The notes under the pieces were generated by a model, which saw only the letters and a list, made by a program, of their open reading frames with translations, did no database searches and was not told where the DNA came from. Shown here in pieces: positions 37,876 through 48,535 of a DNA stretch of 64,000 nucleotides (within the stretch, counting starts at the first letter, position 1; each line of letters begins with the position of its first letter). This DNA comes from Candidatus Poribacteria bacterium (lineage in GTDB: Bacteria; Poribacteria; WGA-4E; WGA-3G). Both the position numbers and the translations under genes were made by a program. The DNA lies in the NCBI GenBank assembly GCA_964291315.2, contig OZ219753.1, positions 1,664,001 to 1,728,000 of the forward strand, written 5' to 3'.

Positions 37876-38784
37876 ATGGAAAGCACAAACGGCGCTTCTA
37901 CGAAAAATATCCTGAATATCACAAAGCCAAAAGAATCTCGAACCGCGCTTTTAAAAAGCATAGAAAGCGGGGCGCCGCAGGCATTCCAAAGACTCCTTCA
38001 AGATTATTGGACATGGCATTTTGATGAATCTTTGTGGGAGGCAGCCCGGCTGCTACTCAGCGCAGACCTGGGTTGGGAGACAACGCCTCAATTGACAACA
38101 CCGCCCGTGGGGGAGGTTATCTCGCCGCTGGGTTACGCCCTCGTACAGGAGGATAAAAACGTCCGGGACGCTGCGATGCAGGCATTGGATGCTACCGTCT
38201 ATATTTCTCCGGGGATAGTCTTCCTCGGTGAGGAGCACATACCGTTAGACATCGACGAATTTACGATAGGAGTCTATCCCGTAACCAACGCGCAATACCA
38301 ACGATTCGTTCAAGATACTGGACACACACCACCACAAGATTGGAGAGACGATAGGTATCCAGAGCACAGAGGCGATCATCCCGTTGTATGGGTTACATAT
38401 GAAGATGCAGCAGCATACGCCAGATACATGGGCGCCAGACTGCCAACGTTTCAGGAGTGGCAATACGCTGCCCGCGGCACTGATGATAGACTCTTCCCGT
38501 GGGGATCTGAAATTGACAAACCGCGGTGCAATACCGCTGAACTCGGCGCAGGAACGACAACGCCAGTCGTCGCCTTTAGAGAAGGAGCCAGCCCCTTCGG
38601 ATGCTACGATATGGTCGGCAACGTCTGGGAGTGGACAGACACGACTTATGACGATGCAGGAAACTTCCGGGTCGCATGTGGCGGGGCATGGTATTACAAC
38701 CACGATTATAGCACATGCACAAGTTACGATTTCTTCAGCAACCAATATGCAGAGTTCGTGATCGGCTTCCGCATCGCGCACTGA
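37876..38784 (+). CDS. FGE-sulfatase (SUMF1/EgtB-like) domain protein
   Basis: PVTNAQY, HPVV, RLPTFQEWQYAARG, DMVGNVWEW, IGFR. Confidence 0.9.
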   Translation: MESTNGASTKNILNITKPKESRTALLKSIESGAPQAFQRLLQDYWTWHFDESLWEAARLLLSADLGWETTPQLTTPPVGEVISPLGYALVQEDKNVRDAAMQALDATVYISPGIVFLGEEHIPLDIDEFTIGVYPVTNAQYQRFVQDTGHTPPQDWRDDRYPEHRGDHPVVWVTYEDAAAYARYMGARLPTFQEWQYAARGTDDRLFPWGSEIDKPRCNTAELGAGTTTPVVAFREGASPFGCYDMVGNVWEWTDTTYDDAGNFRVACGGAWYYNHDYSTCTSYDFFSNQYAEFVIGFRIAH

Positions 38785-38827
38785 TGCTATACTGGACTCC
38801 CGAGGGCTTCCTGCTTATGAGGGGAAA

Positions 38828-39382
38828 GTGATGACACAGAAAAAAAACGAGGCAACGCGCTCTTTAAAGCCTAACGATACCGAGGTGGCCTCCACTGCTT
38901 TACAGAAGCAACTCATCCAACGCGGACGTGTCGATATTCATACGCATCAGGCCGCGGCGAAGCATCTGAAACAGGGAGCAGATGCCCTAAAACGCCGAGA
39001 TTATGAGAAAGCAATTGAAGAATTTCAGCACGTCATTCAACATAACACTGAATCAGCAGAGGCACACTTCCACCTCGGTTTAGCTTACTTCATGACCGAG
39101 GATTATGAAAGCGCAATAGACGCTTACAAAATGGCGGTAGTATGCGAACCCAGCGGAGCAACAGCATATCTGAATCTCGCAGCAACTTATCGCTTGCTCA
39201 AACGTTACGATGAAGCAATTGAGGTCTACACACGCGCCATTCAGTTCATTCCAAACCATCCTCAATTGCATTCCGAGCTCGGAGCAGTTTATACATTTCA
39301 AGGAAGACGGCGGGAAGCCGTCACAGCATACAAAACAGCGATGCGACTTAAATTGCAACTCGCCGCAAACGCGGCTTCATAG
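38828..39382 (+). CDS. tetratricopeptide repeat protein
   Basis: About 4 TPR units (AEAHFHLGLAY, AYLNLAATY). Confidence 0.85.
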   Translation: MMTQKKNEATRSLKPNDTEVASTALQKQLIQRGRVDIHTHQAAAKHLKQGADALKRRDYEKAIEEFQHVIQHNTESAEAHFHLGLAYFMTEDYESAIDAYKMAVVCEPSGATAYLNLAATYRLLKRYDEAIEVYTRAIQFIPNHPQLHSELGAVYTFQGRRREAVTAYKTAMRLKLQLAANAAS

Positions 39383-39432
39383 AGCAGACGCTAAACAGAA
39401 AAACACCTGCATACTTCACGGAGTCAGTAGCC

Positions 39433-40050
39433 ATGACGGACGACATCATATTTGTTTCAGACGAAGATTTGATGCTGAAATGCGGTAAAGGAGATATGAG
39501 CGCATTTGAGCTGTTAGTGCGACGTTATCAAAAACCATTGATTAACTACATTCATCGCTCTATCAACGATTACCATTGCGCCGAAGACCTCTCCCAAGAA
39601 ACGTTCCTACGCGTCTTTAAAAGTGCAGACCGCTATAAGCCGACAGCGTCATTCAAAACTTGGCTCTACACTATTGCCACCAACTTGTGTCGAAACGAGA
39701 TACGGAACCGGTCACGACGCAAAACATACTATCTTGAAGACTTTGTTGAGGAAGGCGAAGATGTTTATCATACAGAGATAATGCATGATACACGTTATAT
39801 GCCGGATGTGCTGTTAGAGAAAAAGGAACTGCGGCAAATGATACGTAAAGCCCTCGCACAATTGCCAGAAAATCAACGCGTAGCCCTAACACTTGTCACC
39901 TACCAAGATTTACGTTATGAAGAGGTTTCAGAAATTCTGGGATGCTCAGTCGGTGCTGTGAAGGCATTAATTCACCGGGCTCGACAAAAAATGAGAAAAA
40001 TGCTCATCAAAGCCGGCATAGCAGACGAAAACAGCAATGGAAAAATATAA
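39433..40050 (+). CDS. ECF sigma-70 factor
   Basis: AEDLSQETF, FKTWLYTIATN, VKALIHRAR. Confidence 0.92.
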   Translation: MTDDIIFVSDEDLMLKCGKGDMSAFELLVRRYQKPLINYIHRSINDYHCAEDLSQETFLRVFKSADRYKPTASFKTWLYTIATNLCRNEIRNRSRRKTYYLEDFVEEGEDVYHTEIMHDTRYMPDVLLEKKELRQMIRKALAQLPENQRVALTLVTYQDLRYEEVSEILGCSVGAVKALIHRARQKMRKMLIKAGIADENSNGKI

Positions 40051-40636
40051 AACCACATTCACACATGGACACCCCGCAGAATGTGAAGCGCGAATTGCCA
40101 ACCGGGCTGAACTGTCTGCCTATATTGATAAAGAATTACCGCCATGGAAACGCTACCTCATTCAGAAACACCTCAAAAAATGCAAAGCCTGTGCTCTTTA
40201 CGTACAGCAATTGCAAAAAACCAACACGTTTCTATGCCAAGGCGGAGACGTAGAGACCTCTGTCGACTTTTTGGAAGGTGTTATGGCACGTGTATCGGAG
40301 AGAACCCAACATCAACGACAACATATCTCGTTTTGGTCCCGCTTTGCGCGACACGCGGAACCTCGCCTTCGCTGGTTGCAACACGCCACAATATTAGCTT
40401 ACAAACTCCGCCACAATATTCAAACGCGGAGCCCGATCTACATATTTGCTTTAACCTTCTGTGTCTTCACGATGGTCGGTGTAACGCTTTACCCCACTCG
40501 TAGCGACCGACTTGGACAATCTGCACAGGCATGGAAAAAGTTGGATGCGCTACACAACGAAAAATTCATTCCGTTTGAGGTTATTCATCTAGAGTCGCCT
40601 AAACGTTTACTAACGACCGCCTTTCATCAGAAATAG
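40037..40636 (+). CDS. zinc-finger (zf-HC2) anti-sigma factor
   Basis: LSAYIDKEL..HLKKCKAC plus TM; overlaps the sigma gene. Confidence 0.85.
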   Translation: MEKYKTTFTHGHPAECEARIANRAELSAYIDKELPPWKRYLIQKHLKKCKACALYVQQLQKTNTFLCQGGDVETSVDFLEGVMARVSERTQHQRQHISFWSRFARHAEPRLRWLQHATILAYKLRHNIQTRSPIYIFALTFCVFTMVGVTLYPTRSDRLGQSAQAWKKLDALHNEKFIPFEVIHLESPKRLLTTAFHQK

Positions 40637-40641
40637 ACGAT

Positions 40642-42450
40642 ATGCTTAATAACACTTATGCTTTACACACTGGCAACCGGAGAAAGTTGGCGGCTCGGAA
40701 AGCGCTCTTCATTTCGCTGATATTCCATCTCTTTCTCTTTATCACAACGTTCTACGTAGCGGTGCAGAATCATCTAATAACATCTGAGAAGGCGCACCTC
40801 GCGGTGGAACTGATTTCGGAGGAAAACACGCCCCGACCGAAGCCGCAGCCGAAAAAGATCTCGCTCCGTTTCAGCCCGCCTACCCGGGAGATGGTGGCTC
40901 CGGTCCCCTCAAATGCTAGTGCTGTCGAATCCCTGCCATCCTCAGCTGCCCCGGTCTCGGTCAGCACTGAAGTAGCACGACCAACATTAGGACGCAGCCT
41001 GCAAGCCGAACTTGAAATAGAAAAACCCTCAGAATCTCTAGACATTCGCGGAGAGATCAGCACTGCCACTCGAGAGCTCCAAGACATTAAAGGAAACTTA
41101 TCCAAAACGGAAGCTGCAAGCCCCGCTGGAAATAAAACATTCGGAGCGAAACGCCCGGGACCACCGAGAATCCAACGCATGCCAGAGTTAGCCACAATTA
41201 AAATGATTGAAGAGGAAGTGACCCTCTCTCCAATGGAAATGGCAGAAATTGAACAAAAACGGAAAGCATTGCCCCAGGTTTCCTTACCAGAGATCATGCA
41301 AAAACTAGCACAGGAAATTGTGGAAACCAGTGCCGGTGGACCAATTGATGTTGTCTTCGTTATTGATACCAGTGGGAGTATGTTGGATAACATCAAATCT
41401 GTTATAAAGCACCTCAAGCAGATGGTAGATGTATACGAAGCTTCCGAAATAGACTATGCCCTCGGTGTAACAGAATTCCGGGCAAGTAAAGATAAAAATA
41501 GAATCAAGGTCGTCCAACTCACAAAGAGCTTCACTGAGTACAAACGCACCCTCCAGCGCATCAGGGTGAATGATGATGAAAACGCACTCGACGCTGTGCT
41601 GCAAACCGTCAAGGAGATGCGGTTTCGTCCAACATCCCAAAGACACTTTGTTCTTGTCACCGACGAGCCGTTCACGAGCCTCCACCGGATGGACCTACAA
41701 GATGTGATCGAGTATTGTCGGGAATTCGGGGTGTTTGTAAACGTGCTTGGAATCCCGCTGGATTCACACCAAAAGCTCGCCGCGGAGACCGGCGGAAAGT
41801 GGCATGCTATCCCGCAAGAAGGACAACCGCAAGTAGTTCAACAGGCTCCTGTCCAAAAGGCGCAACGAGACAAAGCGAGCTCTCTCCGACATGCACAGTG
41901 GACAGACGTTAAAAAAATAGGCGCGAACCTGCTCCAGCACAGCAGCGGCATGCCCATAGATATTATCCTCTTTGTTGACAGCAGCAAGAGTATGGGTAAT
42001 AAATTGTCACATTTCTTGCAGCAACTTGACGTTATCATTCGGGATTGCGACAACGCTTTTATAGACTATCAGATAGGTGTAGTGCGCTTCCGATCGCGCG
42101 GCTCTGTGAACATCGTCAACGTCTTCGATCCGCCGCAAACGCTTAAACAGATCCGAAAAATTGTTCAACTCCCCTGCCAGGCAGATGAAATGTTATTGGA
42201 CGCTGTCGCAGACGGGCTACGGCGCCTCAAACTCCGTTCAAATGCACAAGCCTACTTCATCCTAATTACAGACGAACCTGCAAAGGGCGAATATTCATCA
42301 CCCGCAATTATCCAAATGTTACGGCAGAAACATGTTCTCGTCAGCGTCGTTGGTACCTATGACGACTTCCAACGGCAGGTAGCCAACCAAACAGGCGGCG
42401 TATGGGTACCCATACCAAAAGGACACACGACGAGCAGCTTATTTTGGTAA
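40642..42450 (+). CDS. membrane-anchored protein with two VWA domains
   Basis: SLIFHL TM; DTSGSM and DSSKSM MIDAS motifs; TDEP. Confidence 0.85.
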   Translation: MLNNTYALHTGNRRKLAARKALFISLIFHLFLFITTFYVAVQNHLITSEKAHLAVELISEENTPRPKPQPKKISLRFSPPTREMVAPVPSNASAVESLPSSAAPVSVSTEVARPTLGRSLQAELEIEKPSESLDIRGEISTATRELQDIKGNLSKTEAASPAGNKTFGAKRPGPPRIQRMPELATIKMIEEEVTLSPMEMAEIEQKRKALPQVSLPEIMQKLAQEIVETSAGGPIDVVFVIDTSGSMLDNIKSVIKHLKQMVDVYEASEIDYALGVTEFRASKDKNRIKVVQLTKSFTEYKRTLQRIRVNDDENALDAVLQTVKEMRFRPTSQRHFVLVTDEPFTSLHRMDLQDVIEYCREFGVFVNVLGIPLDSHQKLAAETGGKWHAIPQEGQPQVVQQAPVQKAQRDKASSLRHAQWTDVKKIGANLLQHSSGMPIDIILFVDSSKSMGNKLSHFLQQLDVIIRDCDNAFIDYQIGVVRFRSRGSVNIVNVFDPPQTLKQIRKIVQLPCQADEMLLDAVADGLRRLKLRSNAQAYFILITDEPAKGEYSSPAIIQMLRQKHVLVSVVGTYDDFQRQVANQTGGVWVPIPKGHTTSSLFW

Positions 42451-42480
42451 CCAAGTCGCTCAGGAGCCATCGTTAAAAAA

Positions 42481-43083
42481 TTGAAAATCGCAGTCCTCGT
42501 TTCAGGGGGCGGAACAAATCTCCAAACCCTCATTGATCAGTTACATCAAGATAAAACAAGCGGTATTGACATCGCAGTTGTAATTAGCGACCGGGGCAAG
42601 GCTTACGCTCTCAAACGGGCAAGACGCGCCGGGATCGCTACGTATGTTGTTAGTGCCCGAAACTTTGAGGAACGCGTCGCTTTCGACGCAGAAATCTCGC
42701 GGATTATCGAACGTTACGCCGCAGAACTGATCGTTCTTGCAGGTTTTATGAAGCTCTTCCAGCCTCCATTTGTCCGAAAATACCGGAATCGCATTATTAA
42801 CGTCCACCCGACGCTTTTACCAGCATTCCCAGGGGCACATCCGGTCGCTGACACACTGGCTTACGGTGTAAAAATCACCGGAGTCACCGTCCATTTTGTT
42901 GATGAAGGTGTCGACTCAGGGCCTATCATCGCGCAAGCAGCTGTCCCTGTCTTAGATACGGACACCGAGGAAAGCTTACATAACCGAATTCAGATTGAGG
43001 AACATAAACTCTACGCTAAAGTGATTAAATGGTACGCACAAGGAAAACTGAAAGTTGAGGGCCGGAACGTAAGCGTGCAGTAG
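42481..43083 (+). CDS. purN: phosphoribosylglycinamide formyltransferase
   Basis: SGGGTNLQ, LAGFM, NVHP, TVHFVDEGVDSGPII, EH. Confidence 0.95.
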   Translation: MKIAVLVSGGGTNLQTLIDQLHQDKTSGIDIAVVISDRGKAYALKRARRAGIATYVVSARNFEERVAFDAEISRIIERYAAELIVLAGFMKLFQPPFVRKYRNRIINVHPTLLPAFPGAHPVADTLAYGVKITGVTVHFVDEGVDSGPIIAQAAVPVLDTDTEESLHNRIQIEEHKLYAKVIKWYAQGKLKVEGRNVSVQ

Positions 43084-43161
43084 GCGCCTATCCATCATCA
43101 GGATCTGACTAGCGCCCGGCTTAAGTACGTCTAAAACATCTTTAACCGGCAACCGATAAAA

Positions 43162-44085
43162 ATGTTAGCAATTTCGACAATGTGGAACGCCTTGAAGCAG
43201 CCAGACGGCGCTGCGCTGTTCGATGAACTCAAAACGTTCGGCTTTGAGAAACTTGAATTGAGCAGGCATCTCACACCGGATCAGGTGGAGCAGCTCAAGC
43301 CGTATCTGCGTGAAAATCCGCCCTGTTCCATCCATAACTTTTGTCCTATACTGCCCGGAACAATCCAGGCAGAAGCAGAACACGACAAAATTTTACTCTC
43401 CAGCCTGAATGTAGACGAGCGGAAAGAGGCGGTCCGACGCACCATTCAAACAATGGAGCTCGCTGTTGAATTAGAAACGCCCACCGTGGTTCTTCACCTC
43501 GGGGAAGTTGATACATACGATCGGTCATATCTGATGGTTGATCTTTACACCTACGGGGAACGGGAGTTCGAAGCATTCGGTCAACAAGTAACCGAAGCCA
43601 CCGAATGGCGAAAACGCAAAGCTGCAAAGCACCGAGATGCCGTCCTACGGAGCCTCGACGAACTCAACGAGTGTGCCTTGCGGATGCAACTTTATCTCGC
43701 TATCGAAAACCGGCCGCATTACTATCAAATCCCAGATTTTGACGAAATGGGGATGTTCTTTGAAGAATTTTACGGCAGCCCGATGCGGTATTGGCATGAC
43801 ATTGGACATGCCGCACTACAAGAAAAACTCGGCATCTGTAGATCAGATAAGTGGCTTGAGTATTACAGGGAACCCCTCGTCGGTGTAAACTTGCACGATC
43901 TGAAGGGACTGGAGACGTATCACCCCCCAGGCATAGGAGATCTCAAGTGGGACGAACTTTTCAAGGAGCTGCCAACCGACATGTTGAAGGTATTAGAAGT
44001 TCGACCTTGCGAAGCGGAACGGGTGATGGAGGCGCGAGACTTCTGCGAATCCTTATCAGAATCAACTGAGGCATCGAATGGCTAA
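43162..44085 (+). CDS. sugar phosphate isomerase/epimerase-like TIM barrel
   Basis: SIHNFCP, IEN, WHDIGH, LHD, VLE metal-binding motifs. Confidence 0.8.
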   Translation: MLAISTMWNALKQPDGAALFDELKTFGFEKLELSRHLTPDQVEQLKPYLRENPPCSIHNFCPILPGTIQAEAEHDKILLSSLNVDERKEAVRRTIQTMELAVELETPTVVLHLGEVDTYDRSYLMVDLYTYGEREFEAFGQQVTEATEWRKRKAAKHRDAVLRSLDELNECALRMQLYLAIENRPHYYQIPDFDEMGMFFEEFYGSPMRYWHDIGHAALQEKLGICRSDKWLEYYREPLVGVNLHDLKGLETYHPPGIGDLKWDELFKELPTDMLKVLEVRPCEAERVMEARDFCESLSESTEASNG

Positions 44086-44443
44086 AACATCTCCAGACGG
44101 TACCTACTTCTTCACCCAAGTTGAATACGATATCCTCAAGGTTATATGTGCCTATATGGTCGGGGTACCTAAGGATGCCCCTTTAGATATACCCATTGTT
44201 AGAATTGACACATTCGTGGGGCAGTTGTCCAAACCTTTACAAGCACGAATCCGTTTTGGCATCCATCTATTCCAGTGGGGGCCGCCACTTTTCATCCGGA
44301 AATTCTCGCTCTTTACACACCTCGATCAGACTGAGGCAGTAAGGTATATAGAAGGTTGGGCGCGGAGTCGTCTCAGCATCCGGCGCCAACTCTTTCGCGG
44401 TTTACGCAATATCGCTTTCCTCGGCTACTATAGCGCTGAGTAG
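44078..44443 (+). CDS. small hypothetical protein resembling gluconate 2-dehydrogenase subunit 3
   Basis: F..L...E..YI.GW..S...RR.LF.GLR...FLGYY pattern. Confidence 0.55.
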   Translation: MAKTSPDGTYFFTQVEYDILKVICAYMVGVPKDAPLDIPIVRIDTFVGQLSKPLQARIRFGIHLFQWGPPLFIRKFSLFTHLDQTEAVRYIEGWARSRLSIRRQLFRGLRNIAFLGYYSAE

Positions 44444-44467
44444 AAGCGGTCAGCAGGTGCAAGCATA

Positions 44468-44514
44468 GTTGTCAGTAAAGAGGTCGGGCTTAACCCAAGT
44501 CCTTTACTGATAAC
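44468..44514. terminator. hairpin between convergent genes
   Basis: GTTGTCAGTAAAG...CTTTACTGATAAC inverted repeat. Confidence 0.45.
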
Positions 44515-44558
44515 CCAGCATGAGTGAAGCGGACACTGCATCTGCTGACAACCGGCTC

Positions 44559-47500
44559 TTATTTCGCTATTAACATTTTGCGGGTAGCAGTGAAATCACC
44601 CGCTGTTAACGTATAGAAATAGACACCACTCGCGACCCATTCGCCCACTTCGTTCTTTCCATCCCAATAGACCGCGCGGCTCTGACTCTGATAGATACCA
44701 GCGGCTTGATGTCCTAAAGTCAGGGTCCGGACCAAAGCACCACTCGCAGCGTAAATATGCACTGTGATTTCGGCTGATTCAGTGAGTTGATACGGTATCC
44801 AAGTCTCTGGATTGAACGGGTTTGGATAGTTGTGGAGCAGATCAGTATTTTCCGGGATAAGAGCTGCCAAAAGTTGTTCTCTATTCGCGGCTCGCGCCGA
44901 TGGTGCCGCAGGCACGTTGCCTCCTACAATAAGTGTAATCTCCGGGGGTGTCACAGGAATCTTTTTACCGTACTTGGAACCCGCTTGAAAATTATCAACT
45001 GTTATTTGGCTTTCTCCGTTTGCGATAGTTACAAACCTCATAGAGAGTAACGTTCCTTGTCTGCTCATCTTACCTTTGGAGAGTTGCACCGCTTGTAAAC
45101 CAGTGATCTTACCCGTGGTGTTACTAATCGTGCCGTCCTCAAAGAAGGTCTTTCCGCCATCCTGTTTCAGGAAATCCCCCTCGGTCACACTCAGCGCCCG
45201 CAGGACAGACCGGTTAAACACAATATTCGTTTGCCAACCCGCTAAATTGTCAATGTTTTCTACTATTAGATGCACAGTGAAAGTGTTACCGACCTTGAGC
45301 TGTGTCGTCTCCGTGGAAAAGGCGAAATTAATGCCCGGCTGGAAGACCTCATATTTGGCTTCTGGTGCAAACCCAAAGAAGCCGCTAAATCTACCATGTC
45401 CATGGTTGTCAAGGGCAACCAACAAAACATTTTTCCCCTGTTTCAGAGTGACAGAAAAAAAATCTTGGTAGTCGTCAGCATCTCGTTTCACAAATGCTTG
45501 GTGAACCAGCTCGCCGTTGAGCCAGACTTTGACTGCATCATTACTACCGACGAACATTGTTGTCCGTTGTTCTTCGGGTGAGTCCAAGACGACCGAACCG
45601 TAGACAATCTTGTCATATATCTCCTCACGTGTTCCCCACCCAAGGGCATCTGTCATTCGGTTTATGTTATCGCCCCCAGAAGCAGAGAGTCGATGAAGCG
45701 TCCACTTACTATTTCCGACAGCCTTTCCTTCCTTAGCACCGTTAGTAGCTACTTTTAATTCCGTTGCTGCACTGTTAGTTGCCAGTGCCAGAAAGTCTAC
45801 GTTGTCCTCAAGACGTGTTCCAGGCACTATCGCCCACAGCCAGGGGCCCGTTATTTTTGGACCGCCAGACGGGAATCCGGGGTTGCCCTCCATCCGGACA
45901 AAAGTCTCTTCGAGTAATCCTTTTAAAGGTGAGAAATCGGATATAGCGTTGTTGCGGAGGTCCAGTCGGTTTAAGTTCCGAAACTGTGCAAGGGCCGATA
46001 CGTCGGATATAGCATTATTCTCAAGGTAAAGTACTTCCAAGTCCGTTAACTTTACAAGCGGCGATGGATCGGATATGACGTTGGCATCAAGATTCAACGT
46101 TTTCAAACCCGTTAGTTCTGCTAACGGAGAAACATCAGAAATCAAGTTATTTACTAATTCCAACCACTCCAGCTGTGTTAGCTCGCTTAGGGCAGAGACG
46201 TTTGAAATACTGCACCCGTTAATTTGCAGGCGCCTCAGGGTCCTGAGCCCCTTCAGTGTTGGAAGGGCGGAGATAGTTTTATCGTTGCCAAATTCTACCC
46301 ATCGAAGTCTCGGCAATCTGGCTAAAGCCGAGAAGTCTGAGATAGACGTGTTCCACGCCGCGATGCCTTCCAAGCTGATCAGACTCGCCAGAGAGGATAT
46401 ATCCGATACCGGATTCCCGCTGATCCCTATCCCGTTCAATTTGACGAGGCCGCTTAGCGGTGACACATCGGTGATGTCATTCTCCTCAAGCCCCATCCAA
46501 TCTACATTGATCAGGTTCGAAAGAGGCGATACATCGGTGATGGCATTGTCCCGCAATTTAATGTTGTTCAATTTGAACAATTCAGCCAATGGGGTCAAGT
46601 CCGAGATAGCGTTGTGACGGAGCTCTATCCGCTCCAAGTTTATCGCCATCTCCAATCCTGTTAGGTCACGGATTCCTTTACGATCCGCAACCAAACGCGT
46701 CAAACGTTTCATAGCTTCCACAGTAATTTCCTCGTTTTGTGCTAGCCCGAGGGCTTCCACAATTGCAGCTTGCAGATGTGGATCTGGAAAAAGCGGGGTT
46801 GGCCCGCAACATGGTGGCCGATCCGATGTAGGTGAAACCACCTCCGGAAACTGTGAGGTCCACACATCGCGCTTTACGTTCTTACCATTTAGGAAAGGCG
46901 CTAAACCAAGGCTCTGTAACCTAGAGTCCTCACGGATCTTGGAGAGGAACACATTCATCTCCAAACCGACCGATGCAGCTGCATATGCCGCGCCTACATC
47001 TCCCTGATACGCCTTGTGGAAACGCTGCACCGGTTCAATGCCGCCAAAAACGCCACCTGTCTTTTCCAAGGCAGCCTTGTAGCGTGCAGTGTCCTCATCT
47101 AAGAGACGATCCATCGTGGCTTGCGCTACATAAAGGCGCAATGCCTGCGCCTTATCAAACGCCGGCTCCCTCGTCTGGTTAACAACTGAGCGCACTTCAT
47201 CTTCAAACCGCTTCATCCCTTCTGTGTGGCAGCCGATACACGATAGGGCCTTGTAGACAATAGGATCACGCGCCGACGGATCAGCAACAATATTAGGGGG
47301 TGCCGAGTCTATATGATTTCCTAACGCGTCTAGGATATAATACGCCTGCAGACCGTTCGGCAGATTGAAGATAATCTCACCCCCATCCGCTTTGAAAGAC
47401 AACGGATGCGTGAAAACGTTCTGTGTTCCCGTGCTACCTGCAAAGTCGTAGCTCTTCCAATACGCCCCATAGCGAGAGGTGTGCCGTTCCACAACACGAT

Positions 47501-48449
47501 TGTTGTTTGAAACCCCCGAGTCGTTGAAACCCGCACGCCAGACGCGCACGCCCGGCGCAGTCTGGAGGTTACGTTGAACATCTACGTCCAGCTTGCGTTC
47601 CAACTCCCGATCTGTCTTTGGCAAATCCAGAATGTCGTGATATAGCGGCGGTAAGGCGGCGTTTGCCAAGAACCAATCCACATGAACAAAGGGCACTTCG
47701 CATTTCATCTGTGTTTGCAGGTCGGTCAGCTTTGCGAGTTCCGCAGCTTGAGTGCTTGGATTGTATTCTATAGCATACGGATAGGCGTTTTCTATCTCTG
47801 TCCAGGCATCGACTCTGTCCCATTCGTAGTCACGCAGATCAATGTAGAAGATCGTGTTCTTCGCGCCAATAGGCTCTGGGTTGTGTATTTCGAACCCCCA
47901 GGAGAGGCTGTTGACCAGTTTTGAGAGGGCGACTTTGTAGGCGTTGAGTGCTTCGACCGTCTCCCCTGCATTATAGAGGTGTGTCATCGTGAAATAGCGG
48001 GCGTAAGGTCGGTCGAACAGATCGAGCGTCTGAAGGTGTTGTTGCATCGCCGTAAGCATCGTATCGGTTGTGATGAAGTTTACATCGTGCTCGACCACCC
48101 AACTAGGTGCGCCCTTTAAGATCCAATCGCCGATGGTGCGGATGGATGCCGCGTCGAGTTTAGGTTGTCCGAGGGGCATCCGTTTTGCGAGGTTTTTCGT
48201 AGTCAACCGCGTATAGAGTTTAGAGACGAGCGGTATCCCCGGCACGACGGCACCGCTTTCGATGAGAGTAGCAGGGTCGTCTTCGTCAATGATGAGGTTT
48301 TCGGTAAAGGAGCCATGTTTTCCGTGGCAATTGAGACAGTTCTGTTCGAGGACAAGGAAGGCTTGTTCTGCAATGTTCCCCTGTGCAGCAACGGTCTGAT
48401 ATCCTACGATAAGTAGGAGTAGGCAACTAAGTTTGATAAGGTTTTTCAT
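44559..48449 (-). CDS. secreted multidomain protein: c-type cytochrome + internalin-like LRRs + cohesin + FlgD-Ig/T9SS-like CTD
   Basis: Signal peptide; CLNCH and CIGCH heme motifs; LxxLxLxxNxIsDlspL repeats; NLAGWQ..VTEGDFL cohesin; NYPNPFNPETWIPYQL CTD. Confidence 0.88.
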   Translation of the reverse strand: MKNLIKLSCLLLLIVGYQTVAAQGNIAEQAFLVLEQNCLNCHGKHGSFTENLIIDEDDPATLIESGAVVPGIPLVSKLYTRLTTKNLAKRMPLGQPKLDAASIRTIGDWILKGAPSWVVEHDVNFITTDTMLTAMQQHLQTLDLFDRPYARYFTMTHLYNAGETVEALNAYKVALSKLVNSLSWGFEIHNPEPIGAKNTIFYIDLRDYEWDRVDAWTEIENAYPYAIEYNPSTQAAELAKLTDLQTQMKCEVPFVHVDWFLANAALPPLYHDILDLPKTDRELERKLDVDVQRNLQTAPGVRVWRAGFNDSGVSNNNRVVERHTSRYGAYWKSYDFAGSTGTQNVFTHPLSFKADGGEIIFNLPNGLQAYYILDALGNHIDSAPPNIVADPSARDPIVYKALSCIGCHTEGMKRFEDEVRSVVNQTREPAFDKAQALRLYVAQATMDRLLDEDTARYKAALEKTGGVFGGIEPVQRFHKAYQGDVGAAYAAASVGLEMNVFLSKIREDSRLQSLGLAPFLNGKNVKRDVWTSQFPEVVSPTSDRPPCCGPTPLFPDPHLQAAIVEALGLAQNEEITVEAMKRLTRLVADRKGIRDLTGLEMAINLERIELRHNAISDLTPLAELFKLNNIKLRDNAITDVSPLSNLINVDWMGLEENDITDVSPLSGLVKLNGIGISGNPVSDISSLASLISLEGIAAWNTSISDFSALARLPRLRWVEFGNDKTISALPTLKGLRTLRRLQINGCSISNVSALSELTQLEWLELVNNLISDVSPLAELTGLKTLNLDANVISDPSPLVKLTDLEVLYLENNAISDVSALAQFRNLNRLDLRNNAISDFSPLKGLLEETFVRMEGNPGFPSGGPKITGPWLWAIVPGTRLEDNVDFLALATNSAATELKVATNGAKEGKAVGNSKWTLHRLSASGGDNINRMTDALGWGTREEIYDKIVYGSVVLDSPEEQRTTMFVGSNDAVKVWLNGELVHQAFVKRDADDYQDFFSVTLKQGKNVLLVALDNHGHGRFSGFFGFAPEAKYEVFQPGINFAFSTETTQLKVGNTFTVHLIVENIDNLAGWQTNIVFNRSVLRALSVTEGDFLKQDGGKTFFEDGTISNTTGKITGLQAVQLSKGKMSRQGTLLSMRFVTIANGESQITVDNFQAGSKYGKKIPVTPPEITLIVGGNVPAAPSARAANREQLLAALIPENTDLLHNYPNPFNPETWIPYQLTESAEITVHIYAASGALVRTLTLGHQAAGIYQSQSRAVYWDGKNEVGEWVASGVYFYTLTAGDFTATRKMLIAK

Positions 48450-48535
48450 ACGGTTTCTCCTCTGCGGTCGCTTTGATTGTAGGTTCTCAGGCAGTGTAGA
48501 AAATGCTTCACGAACTGCTGATAGCTATTTTCATC

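Noticed and set aside
38640-38784. FGE-type C-terminus as a DGR variable region
   Set aside because: No template repeat or RT is visible in the window.
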